Shown here piece after piece: positions 25,171-38,640 of a stretch of DNA of 64,000 nt. Both the position numbers and the translations under genes were made by a program. The notes under the pieces were generated by a model. It had not been told where the DNA came from and searched no databases. It saw only the letters and a program-made list of their open reading frames with translations. Origin of the DNA: Camelus dromedarius (lineage: Eukaryota); NCBI RefSeq assembly GCF_036321535.1, contig NC_087437.1, forward strand, positions 24,616,001 through 24,680,000, in the 5' to 3' direction. Every line of letters begins with the position of its first letter. Position 1 is the stretch's first letter.

Positions 25171-25559
25171 CTATGACATCAATTTTTGGCACTTTGTCTC
25201 ACTGCTTGCTGATACCAAAGCGGATGTGGCTCTCATTCTAAGTATTTCTCTGTTCAGTCATTCTGGAGAGACAATGTCCATGACAGTCTTCATCTGGGGC
25301 ACTGTGGAGTGGCACAGAGTCACCATCTTTGGTGTCTCCTAACAGCTCCTGCCAGCTGGTCCTGACCCCACAGACTTCCTTTGATAAGCACTGTTGTTTA
25401 TTTCCATCCACTGTCCTCATCTGAAGCTGAAGCCCAAATAAATGAAAGAACCAGTAGATCACACAACTATTAAGTGGTAGCATTAGCTAATTCTGCATCA
25501 CAAGAAATGCAAATCATTTTTTTTTCACAAACTCGACTGTATTTTCTTTGGACTATATG

Positions 25560-25735
25560 GAAGAAATGTGGTGTATTGGAAGAAAGCATTAATTCTGGAG
25601 TTAGAAAGGCCTGGATTAAAAATCTGAACTCTTCCAGTTATTAGTAAGGTGTGTACATGAGTGAATTACTTGACCACTCTGAACCTGCGGTTTCATCTCT
25701 GTAAAGTGAGGGTTGATAAGAATACCTGTTCTAGT
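25560..25735 (+). mobile_element. MIR SINE
   Basis: tgtggtgtattggaagaaagca...ttacttgaccactctgaacctgcggtttcatctctgtaaagtgagg. Confidence 0.8.
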
Positions 25736-26019
25736 TATTCTGTGTCTGGTGTGTGTGGGTTTTGGACAACATGCTCTCCCATTCACCCCTGCTTCCTCCT
25801 GTTCAAAAGCTACATTAACTCATCTGGCTCATATTTCAATAAATTGAAGCATAGTACCAAAACAAGAAACTTTATTGAGTTCTTTGACTTAGTTTAACTG
25901 GGGTAAAGTGTAGCCAATTATTATTCTCCTGTACAGTTGACTGAGTCAATCAGCTGATATCCATGAACTTTGGGGAAGGTACCTCATAATACCAAGATTT
26001 TAAACAACAATAGCCAAAT

Positions 26020-26180
26020 AGAGCTGGAGGAACTGTGGACATGATGGACATGTTTGTGGCATTGATTGTGATGTTGGCTTCACTGGGTGTGTATCAATTT
26101 TCAAACTTACCAAGTTAGTGCATTAAAAATATACAGCTTTTTGTATGTCAATGATGTGCCCACAAAGGGTTAAAAACTGA
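26020..26180 (+). mobile_element. L1 3' end fragment
   Basis: attgattgtgatgttggcttcac...aaacttaccaag...aaatatacagctttttgtatgtcaat. Confidence 0.65.
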
Positions 26181-26414
26181 TTTTTAACCAACCCACCTGT
26201 AAGAATGGTGGGTAATGTATCATGGTATAATTCTGCAATGCTTGATCCTAGAATAATTTTCCTGGTATTTCTTAATAACTGAATTACTCAAGATGTGCTC
26301 TGTGGATGGCTTAAGTTAGAGCCTCCCGAGGTGCTGAATAAGAATTCAGATTTTGGGGCCCTACTTAGGAGCTACTAAATCAGAATCTCTGGAGGAGAGG
26401 ACCAAGGATCAACA

Positions 26415-26752
26415 TTATTCAAGGAAATATGTTGTTGTATTGATTGATTGACTTGTCTCTGCCTACACTCCACCAGCATCCAAGGATACACTGATATTCA
26501 AAACTGTGGGAGCTCATTCCATAATGCGAACGCCAGATAAACAAATTACAAAATGAAATGGTAAGGATTAAAGCAGAGGTATATAAAATGTGTACTAGAA
26601 AAGCATAGAAAAGGAAATGACTAATTGAGCCACTGGGGGAAAATTGGAGCGGATTGTTCACCTCTGGACCACAGCAGTTGTGTTGGGTTTTGAAGGGTGC
26701 ATTGAGTTTCACCAAACAAAGTAAACTATAGATTAAAAGACACATATGTGAG
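26415..26752 (-). repeat. L2-derived segment, inverted paralog of 31572-31949
   Basis: Its reverse complement aligns by eye along its length with 31572-31949. Confidence 0.75.
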
Positions 26753-26994
26753 AAGTGGATTTTGAAGGAGTGCCTTTATATACTTTGGAAATATAAGTTA
26801 TTACAGACTTTTTGGAGGTCAAGTGGGCAGTAACTATTAAGATGAATTTGTATTTGACTCCTTGGCCCCACTTTTTGATACCTGCTCTAAGAAGGCACCC
26901 ACAGATGTCCACATTACAGGGGACAATTTAAATGCCACTCATCAAGAGGATAGGTAAAGAAGTTATAGTATCTTTACTCATCTATAAACCACAT

Positions 26995-28230
26995 ATTTAC
27001 TGATATTCATTATTACTGACTTATGAGTAGCTGTCATGTGCCAGGCACTGTCCTAGGCATTGGAGATAAAGCATTGCACAACACAGACAAAAATATCTGC
27101 CTTGATGGAACTTATTATAGTAAGGGGAGACAGGCAAGAAACAAAATTTTAGAAAGTAGAGTATTGGGAAAGATTGTGATAAGCAGGGAAGGAGGTAGAA
27201 AGTGTAGGGTTAGAGAGAGGACATGGGAGGGATGGCTTGGAATTTTCAATAGTATGGTCAGGGAGACCTCAGCAAGAAGGTCCCATTTGAACAAATACCT
27301 GAAGGATGTGAGGGAGGGAAGCATGTGGATATTTGGGGGAGGAGCATCTGGTTAGGGTTCTAATAAATGCAAAAACCCAGCACTGACAACCTGCCTGATG
27401 GTTCATGGACTAGCAAGGTGGCCGAGTAACCGGAGGAGAGTGAGCAAGGAAAGGAGAGTAGGAAATGAGGTCAGACGTGGGGTGATTTTGGGGGAGGGCT
27501 CTTAGCTGTTGTAAGGACTTGGGGTTTGCCTCTGAATGAGGGGGAGGCATTACAGGGCTTCAAGCAGAAGGGTGACATGGTCTGTTTTACGTTTTTTTAT
27601 TTACTTATTTTGGGGGGAGGAAATTAGGTTTTTTTGTTGTTTTTTTTTTTTTTAATAGAGGTACTGGGGGATTGAACCCAGGACCTCATGCGTGCTAAGC
27701 ACGTGCTCTACCACTGAGCTATACTTTTCCTGCTCTACGTTTTAATAGGATGTTGCTCCTGCCGTGTGCAGAACAGATGGAAAGGGCAAGGGTGGAAGCG
27801 GGAAAATCGGTTTGGAGGCTATTGTCATAATCCAGAAGAGCATGACGGCAGCTGGACCCAGCGGTTGGGGCGGAGGGTGTGGTAAGAAAGTGGATGCTGA
27901 ATGTATGTATTTGGAAGGCAGGGCAACCAGAATTCCCTAATAGCTAGGACATGGGATGAGAGAGACAGAAAGGGGCCCGAGAAGACTCCAAGGGCTCTAG
28001 TCTGATGAGGGGATGGGGGGTGGGGAGTAGGAGGAGTGGCTGGGTTGGGGGCAGAGTCGGGGGTATGGGTTTTACACAGTGGTTCTGAGGTGTGTGCTAG
28101 ACATCCTCTTAGGGATGTGTTAAATGTGATTCTGGAGTTTAGTGGTCAGGCCCAACCCGGAGACATGCATTTCAGAGCTGAGTGCATGAATGGTAGTTAG
28201 TGTTACAAGACGGAGGAGATCCCCAGGGAT
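26995..28230 (-). mobile_element. L2 element interrupted by a SINE
   Basis: atgtgccaggcactgtcctaggcattggagata...tggtcagggagacctc...gagatgaggtcaga-like motifs. Confidence 0.8.
27596..27735 (-). mobile_element. tRNA-Ala-derived SINE (Vic-1-like) inserted in L2
   Basis: gaggtactgggggattgaacccaggacctc...ctctaccactgagctatac; TSD tacgtttt at 27588 and 27736. Confidence 0.9.
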
Positions 28231-28279
28231 TCCAGAATTTGGAACACTGTTCAAAACTTAAGGGAGATAATAGCATCTG

Positions 28280-28505
28280 ATAATACCGATAAGCCGACAT
28301 ATGGAGTTTATGTCATGTATCAAGCACTGTCCTCAAGGATTTGCATTTAAACCTCACAAAACCCTATGAGGGAGGAAATGTTATTATCCCCCACCTTCCA
28401 GATGAGACAATGGAGGCAGGAAGGAGGTTAAGTAATTTGTCTAAGGTCACACAAGTGGTAAAGGCATAGAGTTGGGGTTTGACCCTAGGCTGTCTGTTTT
28501 AACCA
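28280..28505 (-). mobile_element. MIR SINE
   Basis: cctcacaaaaccctatgag...ttattatcccc...cagatgagacaatggaggca...aggttaagtaatttgtctaaggtcacaca. Confidence 0.85.
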
Positions 28506-29799
28506 CAGACAGATGAAAACAAGTTGCCCAATAATGTCATCAGCATGATAGAAATGTAACAGCTTCAGACACAGTCACTGATTTCTGCATATGAACACGT
28601 GTGGAAATAATTGCGAAGGGAAGATCTGGTTGTATACACGTCAAAAAGGAATTCAAGGTTTCGGCTAGCTCAAGGGGACTTTAAATCCATTAGTAGTAAT
28701 AGTTACGTCCTTTGGGAAATACAGAACCACTTGGGTATATGCCTCAGTTTCTTGATCCCAAAGTAGTGTTTATTCTCACTTTCTTTGTCACTCTTGAACC
28801 TAAGTAGATTCTTACTTGAAAAGGCTTCTTGGACATAAATTAGAGAAATAATGCTTAAGGATATTGATTTAGATCAAACAGTTCTAGACCAATACATCCC
28901 ACATTTTTAATACAATTTTAGCACAAGAAAGTCATCAAAACAAAATTTGTCACAAGTGGGCTTTAGCCTAATCAGCCTGTATAAGGTGGTGTGGCATCGC
29001 TTGCCACCTATTCACTAATTTGGATTGTAAATACTGCCTCAGGTATAAAGAATTTTCACACATTGAGTTTTGGACTTCATTCCCATATGCTCTATTATGC
29101 TAGTATTTTGAAAATTGTGTGAAGGAGAAATACTAATTCAATCAAAGGATAATCTCTGCTTAAAAAAACTTGCCCATGCAAATATCCTTGATTATTAATT
29201 CATTGAATCGTAAATAAAATATAAGTTAAATTAATTTTGACTTTGCATTCAGTTTCATCTTAAGGCCACATTCTGCCCTTTTGCATGCCAGCTGATGTCC
29301 CTGGAAAAGGTTTGCAGCTGTTCCCATAACCAGCGCCATAATGACTCACCTGCCAGACCTGTGCTGCGCTCCTTGTGAAAGCCTCATGGCAGGATATTGA
29401 TTTCTTTAAAGACTATTAACATTCTCAGTGATGGGGGTGTAAAGGATAAAGCAAGGGGAGATGTGAAGAAGAAACCTTAGAACATTCAGATAAGTCTTCA
29501 AAATGGGAGTGCATAGAGAAGTTAATCTGCTCGTTATCTGACCTCTACGCCTTTGCAGAATGCAAGCCTGATCTGAAAGATCGCTGTGTAGCAAAGTTTC
29601 TATGAAATTTGGCATCTTCTCCTTCAGGCTAGAAATACTAGGCACTTTTTCTCACTACCATTTTCTTACTAGTGATATTTTTCTAGTAAAATGCCTCATG
29701 AATGTCCTTATATATGGAAAAGAAGTGGTTTAGAGCTTGTTTTAGTACATGGACATGATACTATAGTTACCACCTGTCATTTCTAAGTCAATTAATTAG

Positions 29800-31030
29800 G
29801 TAAACATTTATTCAACGTGGATGCTAAGCACTATGCTTGATGCTGGGTATGCAAAAGTAAGTCCAAATCCTACCATCAAGGCACTATGGGTTGAGAGGGA
29901 AGAAATACAGCATATATGGCCACATATTATAAATGTGATAAATACTAACCCAGCATACAAAGTAAGATAGGAAACCTCTAAAGGTAGTTCTCCTTTGGGC
30001 AGGGAGCACAGTTGGAAGATTTCAAAAAGGGGCTGACATTTGAGCTAAGTTTTGAGCCCATAAAGATTTTAAGCATGGGGCTGATCAGAGCTGTGTATGA
30101 AGTCTACAGATGTAACCATCTGTGTAGGAAAGATGGCTGTGATTGGTGTGCTGGCAGGGAAAGAAGCGGTTGAAAGATTGAAGCATGTAGCTATTGTAAT
30201 GTCAGAGTTAAGAGAGGATGTAGGGCTGGATTTGGGCAGTGTAGGGGGAGGGAGGCATGAATACGAGAGAGATTTTGGAGGTACATCCATGGGACGTGGT
30301 GAACAGTTGATGGTGGTGGCTGAAGCAAGATGAAAGGTCGAGAAGGAAGAACCAAGATTCGGTCTCAAGTACCTAGCACAGATTACCAGGTGGTTTATTT
30401 TTGTTGGGGCTGTGGAACTATTGAAAGGAGCCTGTTGATTATAGGTTCAGTTTTGTGCATGTAGAGGTTGGGGTTTCAGCACATTATTTAAGTGGAAATG
30501 TCTTGCACAAGGTTCAGAAGATGGGGAGCTCAGGAGGGAAGAGCTAGCCTTGGAATTGTTACATTAGGAGTCGTCAGTACACAACCAATGGCTGGAGCCT
30601 CTTGGGCTGATGTTGCCCAGAAAGTGGTCTTTTTGATGGCTTCTCTGAGCCTCATTTTCTCTGGCTTGGTAAAAAAGGAATAGTAACAGCACCTACATTA
30701 TTCATTTCGGTGAGAAGACTAACAAGACAGAGGATACAAAGCATCATGGCAGAAACTAGTAAGCGCTCAATCCCTGTTAGTTATTACTGTGATGGTTGTT
30801 ATTTTTATTTGCTTAATAGCAGAGACAGTAGAGGGCTGGGGATCATGAGTGTAATCTAGAGATGACAAGCATGAGAGAAATGGGAAAAGCCATAATGGGA
30901 AAAGCTTCTTTTTTTGTTTTAAGTGTTGGAGAAATGGATATATTTATAAGTTTATGTGGATGACGGGAGATATTGAAGATACAAGACAGGGATGGAAAAA
31001 ATCTTGGAGCTAGGGTCAGGAAGCTAGGTG
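29800..31030 (-). mobile_element. Old L2 fragment with a MIR insertion at ~30640-30800
   Basis: aaacatttattca...aagcactatgct; tgacatttgagct; ttcagttttgtgcatgt; MIR core ctctgagcctcattttctc. Confidence 0.6.
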
Positions 31031-31169
31031 GACACAATCCTAGACTGTCACCTGGGGTCTGACATTCATGACTTGGGGCTTGAAGGTTTCGAATCCACTT
31101 CAGCGGGGAATGAGAAAAGAGGCTGTCCTGAGTGTCTTCTTTAGTTGATTAGTCTTTAAGGCCCTATTG

Positions 31170-31950
31170 ATTTTTACCAGAACCTAGATTTTCTTCTCCA
31201 TTAACTAATACCTGAGTTCATTCCTATATATCAGACTCTCTAGTCATGCCCTACATCCTGGTCCAGTCTTTATGTAGCCAATCAGTCTTAGTGCAAAATG
31301 CACATATTCTGATACATCCCCTGTTAAACCTTTCTGACATCTCCCCATGGCCTATAGGAAGAAAAATAGTTTGATTCCTTAATATGTTTCTTTAGTCTCA
31401 CTCACTTTCTCCAATATGCCTGAGGTTCCAGCAATTCCGAACTATGCTATGCTCTTTCGTTAGGCTGACCATATGCTGGATTGTCCAAAAAGCAGCACTT
31501 TTGCGAGAAAAACAATCATGTCAGGAAAACAGGCCAAAACTGGATTACAGTGTCTATCATCCCCCTGGCCTTTCAGATTTGTGTCTTATTTGTGTCTACT
31601 AGTTCATTTTGCTTGGAATATCCTGTCATCAATTCTGTTCTCTCCCTGGTGAGATCCTACCCATCTTTCAAAATCCAGTTCAACTGCCAAGCGCCAGAGG
31701 TGATCAATTCTCTCTAATTTCCCTGGCTGGCTCAATTAACCATTTCTTCCTCTCTGCTTTGATAACATAGATTTTATGTACCCCTGCTTAACCCTTATGT
31801 TGTTCTGTAACTTGTTTGCTTGTATATCTGCCCTTTTCATTATAGTATAAGCTCCCCAAATCCGGAATATTGGTGTATACACTTGGCACCTGGTACAGTG
31901 TCAGGTCCACAGAAGTCATTCAATAATAAAATCATATATTCCCTAGAATT
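31170..31950 (+). mobile_element. L2 3' fragment (distal part duplicated and inverted at 26415-26752)
   Basis: ccctgttaaacctttctgacatctccccatggcctatagg...tcctacccatctttcaaaatccagttcaa...gcacctggtacagtgtc. Confidence 0.65.
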
Positions 31951-33559
31951 GTCATTATTATGTGTGTCAATTTCCCTGTAAGATTATAAAGTCTGGAGTT
32001 TTTGTCTCCAATTTATCTTTTTATCCACTTTAGTACCAGCACATTTTCTTGTAAGTAGTAGTCCCTGAGCTATACTTGTTGAGTGTCTTATAAAAGGACA
32101 CTGAAAAATACACTTGTTTCAGGTTATTAGTTTAATAATTCTAAAAACCTGCCCTTGAAGGAATATGGTATCTTAACAGAATTCTCTGTTGTTGAATGAT
32201 TTCCAACCTAAATTTTCAGCTTTGGGTTAATTTTCCAAAGAGATTATTTTGTGGGTAATGGTGATTTAAATCTCGTAATATGTTTAATGCTTGGACAAGC
32301 AAATCCTTTTGATATCAGTTGAATTTCAATGTACAATTTCTTCTTATTTCACTCTTTGAATACGAAGTAGAGCAACCTCTGTCCTAGGACTGGTCCAGAT
32401 TCCTGAGCTGGCTGGCCTTTACTGCTTGTGGAGTGAGGGGTCATGGAGAGTGCTGTGTGAAACAGCTGAGGAACGATGACATTCACGTAGGAAGAGCAGA
32501 TGATGCTTTGTCAACAATAGGCATATTAGCTGCTTTCCACAAAATGTCTTCCAGGGAAAAGCCAGAAAGAAGCCCTTACCTTCTGATGGGAGAGACAAAG
32601 TGCTTGGGCATCTGCCTGCTCATTTGGGAGCTTCCAAACGTTCTCTGATGGTCCTTGCAGGGTTAGTCTTTTAGCCAGTCTGCTCCCTACTAGTTGCTTT
32701 ACTGAGATAAGATAAAAACCACGACACAGGGTTTTTATTTTGAAGTAGTTACTGCTGGAATCTTCAAACTATTTAAACTAGTTGTTAAGTGACACTATTA
32801 TTTGAAGTAATTGAGACTGTCAAAGGCTGCAGCTGGCCGGTCCATAAGCCGTTACCACTCTGATGTGTCAGAGACCAAGGGAATGGAGATTTGTATTGTT
32901 GGCTTTATTTTTAGCTTATGTCAGTCAGTCCTGCTGACTGAGGGCCGACACTAAAGCCAGACTATAATGAGATGTCATGTTTTGTTACTTTTATGCATTC
33001 ACCTTGGGGCAGTCATTATACCAAGTGAAGAACTCACAGCATCTCTTCCTGTGGCTCCTACTGCCCTCTCTGGCTCCTGCTGTTCCTGCAGTCATTTTCC
33101 CCTCTCCTGCCAGCGCATCTCTAGCCAGGGTCTTCCACCTCCCTTTCCCCTGCTATTGCTGATGGCTCCTGGCTCCTGGTGGCTCAACTACTGTTGGAAG
33201 CTAAAGGCTGCTCTCTCTCATTGAAGTGTGGTTTCCCAGAGTGTAGCTGTGGGCTGGGCACCAACTACTGTAAAAGGGCACACCCGCCTTGTGCTCCTGC
33301 CTCTCCCACAGGAAACGGAGGTGCAGTCCAGTATACCTGGTCACCTGCACACCTGATGAACTGTGGTGTCCAGCTGTACAGCATCTTTTAAGCATCACGA
33401 TACTTTCAAGACTTTTAAAACTGCCATCTATTATTATTCTACATGAGTCCCAATTGGAATGATTTCTGGTTCCTGATTTTGTGCCTCGTAGGTTGGCAAT
33501 AGAATACTTCTTACGAAAATCATGACAATAAGAAAATAAATGTGATGATGCCAAAGCAC

Positions 33560-33745
33560 ATTTTCTTGTCCATCAATAGTAGGATGAATAAATATCTAGT
33601 TTTTGGTAACTACAAATAATTTCATTATGAAAATTCCTGTCCCTGTCTTTTAGTGAATATATATGTATACATTTTTATTGGCTATGTACCTTGGAGTAGA
33701 ATTGTTGGCTCATAAACTATATGCATATTGTTTTAACAGATCCTT
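33560..33745 (-). mobile_element. Old L1 fragment
   Basis: atatatgtatacattttt-attggctatgtaccttggagtagaattgttgg. Confidence 0.6.
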
Positions 33746-35590
33746 CATTTTTCTTTTAACTTCCTACCGTAAATATTCTTATTGATTACTACACCAATTT
33801 TCAAATTAATTTTTAATAGTTACACAATATTTCAGTAAGTGGTTATAATGCAATGTACTTAATTCTTTCCTTAATGGTTCAGTATTTTACTGGCTTACAA
33901 TTTCAGAACTCCTTATAAAAGAGCTTATAAAATATTTATTAATTTGGGGTATAACCTTTTTTACTTTATTTGTGGAATGTCTAAATGACATCCTGGAGAT
34001 GATAGTCATATTCACAAGTGCACTTATTTACCATCTAATTTGACCCAGGCATTGAGACAGGTGCTGTATTTATGAGGATGAAATAAATGTGGTCTTAAGC
34101 ACCAAAAACTTAAGTGCCTTGTGGCTGGGTCAGAATCAGTTTCTCTCTCTCTCTCATGTCCTCTCTCATCTCTTTTTAAGCAACACATTTGGAGGCTTTT
34201 TCCTATCAGTACATACAGATCTGCCTCATTCTTCTTAATGCCTCATGCCATTTTAATTTGTTGAATTACTAATTAATCTATTATTGCATTAAATAAATAT
34301 ACAACAACCAGGGTTGAGAAATCAGTAATCAACAGTCAAGACATAACCTATAGATTTTGATAGACTTTTCCACTGTAGAAGAGGCTTTTTAGGCTGCAAG
34401 TCCTATTTTCAGCAAACATGACTTTGCATATATAGTTCATCCTCACAAAATGGTAAAAAAATAAATATTTAATTTATTCAATTTTTCAGTGACAGGCACC
34501 TTCACTGTTTATTTCTTTCAACAAATGGGGGAACTAAAATTCTGGTGTATTATTCAATTAAACCAAAGAAACACAGCAAGTGGTATCCAAGCTGGGATTA
34601 TAGTTCAGGGGCTCTCCTGGCTTCATGGACTGCTTATTAAGTCATGTTTCAATTAGTGCATCATTTCATATTCCCTGGTGTCTCATGCAAATGCAAAATG
34701 TTTAAGTTAAGGAGATTATGTTTTTAAGAACTCCAAATTGCATTTGAACATAAATTCCAGGAAGCCGACTCACCTTCAGAATAAAAAAGAATTTTATAAA
34801 AAGAGGGTCATGCAGTTAGGTATCTAGGGTCAGAACAATTGCATTTTTGTCCCTCTTTCCTGAGAGTTTGGAAGTGGCTCTGAGGCCCAGGTGAATAGCT
34901 CGTTGTGTGAAAAACTCAACTCTGATCAAATGGGCTTGGAGTGTGTTCAGATTTAAAAGATTTTTCCATCGTTCTTTGTTGTGCTGGTTAGATGAACCTT
35001 TGTATAGGTACAGACTGTAAGTCAGTGCAAAGTGTATAGCAGGTACCTTGTAAATACTTTATCAAATTGACTTTTTGTTTGACTCATTTCTGCTTACAAG
35101 TTTCTATTTTTAAGTTTTTATCTATTCGACATCGGTTGGTGTATTTGCTGAAAACATTATGAAAAAGCATAACGTGTCAAGACAAATAAGATGCTTACTA
35201 TTTAAATCAATAGAAATATGTTAAATACCTCATGAGTGACATGCTGGTGCATGGAGAAATATTAGTATGATCTTATTAGAATTTATTTAGCTACTGATTT
35301 AAACAAATGCAAAATAGGGACATGGTGGGAAAGATTTTATACCACATCCACAAACAATATACGCATACGTGGTATATGACATTACAGTCTTGTAAGTCTG
35401 AAATGTACACAGTATGCTAATACTCAATTTTATAATTTCTTTTAAAAATGTTTATACCCTGCTGCTAAGAGCAAAAGCATACAAAAATCAGTTTTCTGTG
35501 CTTCCCTAATTCTGGGATGCAAACTAGCATACCCACATACCCAATACTTTCCACGTATTAGAGAAAAAGCTAGTAGCTTTCAGATACTGG

Positions 35591-35593
<3 letters not shown>

Positions 35594-35634
<41 letters not shown>
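35594..35634. repeat. (AC)20 microsatellite
   Basis: Read directly. Confidence 0.97.
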
Positions 35635-35637
<3 letters not shown>

Positions 35638-36329
35638 TCTTTTTCCCTTTAAAACCAATGACATCAACCAAGTAGCATTATTATTTCAACTTGTCAACAA
35701 CTGGAATGTTTTGTTTATTAAAAACAAATCACTTTTTCATAAAACAAGTGATATATTTTTGCGACTGTGAGTAATCTAGGGATATACTTTACTTTTCTTA
35801 TGAGGGAAAAAAAATTTAAATTCCTGAGTCAACTCTGCAAATAGTCTGCATAACAACAACAACAACAAAACTCCTTCATCATATGAATAGCATCATAGGA
35901 TTTTCTTGGTGAATTTTATTGTCATTACAACAGTTAATTTTAATGTAATATGTTAAAGAGCATCTTGAATAAAACTGAGTCTCACTCCTGCCAAATAAAT
36001 ATTTCCTGATCAGGATGAATTACTTTATACTTTTCTAATCAATCAAGAGAAATATTTTAGCAACACCAAAAAAGGCACATACATCATACTGATTCTTTTA
36101 GCACTGATGCTCTCCTGAATAAGATTAGGTAAAGAGCCTATCTCTTTCATAAGAGCACAGAGAGACACTGAGTGTGATAGTGTGGTGAATTTTAATATTT
36201 CACAGTTTTGAAAGAAAGAGGTAAGTGACTGTGTTTTTGTACCTAAACATGCTATTCATTAATAAACTATTTATAACAGGATACCTTTTTTTTTTTTCCC
36301 CCAAACTAGTGCAGTTAGAATAAATATAT

Positions 36330-36812
36330 TTGTCGGGGCTAGCTACAGAGAACAGAACTCAGTGAGCTAGTTTCAGCAGAACAAGATTTATGGCAGGGTG
36401 TTAAGTGTCTTGCTGAATCTCTGGGAGGGCTCAAGAAAAGGACTTTAAGCTGAGTTTCCAGGAACACCTATGAGAGCCATACTCCAGAACTGGGCTGCCA
36501 GGGGGACTGCTGCTGTTGCCATGACCTTGTTTACCTGGGAAGCTGCAACGGAACCACCTGGCTCCCTGCTGCCTCTGGCCCAATTTCCACTAGCAAACCC
36601 GACGTCTCATGTCACTTCTCTTCCATTTACTTCAGATCCAGATTCTAGTCCTGCATGAAAACATCTGACAGCAGAACATAGTATCTGGAAAGCTAACTGC
36701 AAAGGAATCTGAGACACTCAGTCTTTAACTTCCTAGCCTTTGTAGCATACAAAGGCACATTGGGAGGAGATTGGAAAAGAGATTCAGCAAAGCAAATTAC
36801 ATGATATGCCAT
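36330..36812. mobile_element. MaLR LTR (MLT1-like)
   Basis: ctacagagaacagaactcagtgagctagtttcagcaga...ctaactgcaaaggaatctgaga. Confidence 0.6.
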
Positions 36813-37299
36813 AGAAAAGAATGGTGACATATAGAGACAGTAACATAAAGGAATGCACAAGTTAACGAGTCAAAGCTTAAACAAGGGCAGATGTAGCTCT
36901 TTAGCTTTATAATTTCATACTCAGGAGATTGATTCCTATTCACAATTCTCTTTGTTCTTGCATAGAAGGTCAATTCCCCCAGTCCTTTTTATTTTTTTGA
37001 TAGTCAAAGTTTCCAAAAGCTGACTTTTCCATAACCGTTCAGCATATGACTCATTGACACCAATCCTTTGTTTCACTCACCAACACCTGCTACGCACAGC
37101 CGTACTTCCCTCCTCACCTGGTAGTGTCCTATTGGCAATTTTCTCTTCCTTTCCATTTCTGGGCTTCTTTAATTCTTATCCAGCTCTCAAAGGTCAACAC
37201 AAATTTTATTTCTTTAATGCAGACCTTGTCAAGCATCCATTTCATAATACCGTCTTTGATTTTTTTTAAAGCATCAAATGATTAGGAAGTGACAAGTTT

Positions 37300-37545
37300 T
37301 TAATATTTGTTTTGTAAATGGATTGACACATAATTGAGTTAAAGTAAATTGCACATATTTTAAATGTACATTTTGATGTTTTGATATATGTTTCCACCAT
37401 CGAAAACCAAAAGTTTCTGCCCGCCCTTTTTTCCAGCTTTTAAAAAAATTTTGGTAAATACATACAACATGAAGTTTACGGTCATAACCTTTTTGTGTGG
37501 ACAATTCAGTCTTGTTAGGCACACGTATATTGTTGTATAACAACA
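37300..37545 (-). mobile_element. Two short L1 3' ends
   Basis: attgacacataattg...gtaaattgcacatattttaaatgtaca; ttggtaaatacatacaacatgaagtttac. Confidence 0.7.
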
Positions 37546-37569
37546 GTATTTTCCTCCTTGTTGCTATAA

Positions 37570-38015
37570 AAGCATTAGCTCTCTGTAGGCCATGAGTTGT
37601 GGTACCTTCTCTTTTGGCATTAGAGACTTCTTGGTTATCAGCCACGGAAATCAGCTCTGGTTGTCTGGATGAAAATCAGCAATCCATACATCGTAGAAAG
37701 GCGGAAGACCAGGCTGGAAAGTGAACGAAACCCAAGCGTTAGGCAACTTATACCACAGCAAACACTAAGTTGGAGGAACCGTCTTTCCCATGCTCTCTCG
37801 ATGCTGCAGGGAAATTCGAACTCCTGTAATCTCTGTATTGTTAAGTCACGCGTTCAGGATTTGAAATCCCATGTGTGAGGCTGTGTTTCTGATTAGGGAA
37901 CCTATGCAAGTGTACAGTTGGTAACAGGACAAGGACAGGGAGAGGAACTGTTATGTTTCCCTGGACTTCCGTGGTGGAAGGGGGTCACTTCCTTTTAAGA
38001 CCACACACAGTAGGG
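37570..38015. mobile_element. MaLR LTR (MLT1-like)
   Basis: attagagacttcttggtta...ggaaatcagctctgg...caggatttgaaatccca...tctgattaggg. Confidence 0.5.
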
Positions 38016-38444
38016 GCTTTATCAATTGTTTATGAGTCTCCTAACTCTAGTGTGACTATAGGGTCTTGCCTTGTGCATCTCTCATTTTCCAATAATTGGA
38101 AAATTTCTAGACATACTGCAGTTGTCTATATACATTTGTTAAATTGATTTAAATAGCAAGATACTATCCTTACGTTTCTCAGAGGGGTTATGTTCAACTA
38201 ATACTCACTTATTCATCTGGCAAAAATAAATAAATTAACAAGAAATCAATCAATGAATCAACAGGTGAGTGGGGTGGTGAATCCGAGATTGCTGAATGTC
38301 TACTCCCATGTGCAATCCCATTTATGAGCATATTTGGTTCATGCGAAATGGTTGTGGGCAAGACCAAATATCAAGGGCCTTTTGTCATGAACCAAGTGTG
38401 TCCATGGATGTTTCAGATAGGACCAAATGTCTGCTAACCAAGTA

Positions 38445-38640
38445 TATGCTATCCGTGAATAGAGATAATTTTATTTCTTCCTTTCCAGGTTGAATGTCTC
38501 TGATTTCTTTTTCTTGCCTCATCACTCTACTAGAATTTCCAGGACTCTGTTGAATAGAAAGCAGCTATCCTTGTATTGTTCCTGATCTCAAGGAAACACC
38601 TGCAGTCTTTCAGCAGTGACTATGATGTTAGCTACACAGA
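38445..38640 (-). mobile_element. L1 ORF2 fragment
   Basis: agagataattttatttcttcctttcca...ttttcttgcct...ctagaatttccag...tgttgaatag...atccttgtattgttcctgatct. Confidence 0.8.
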
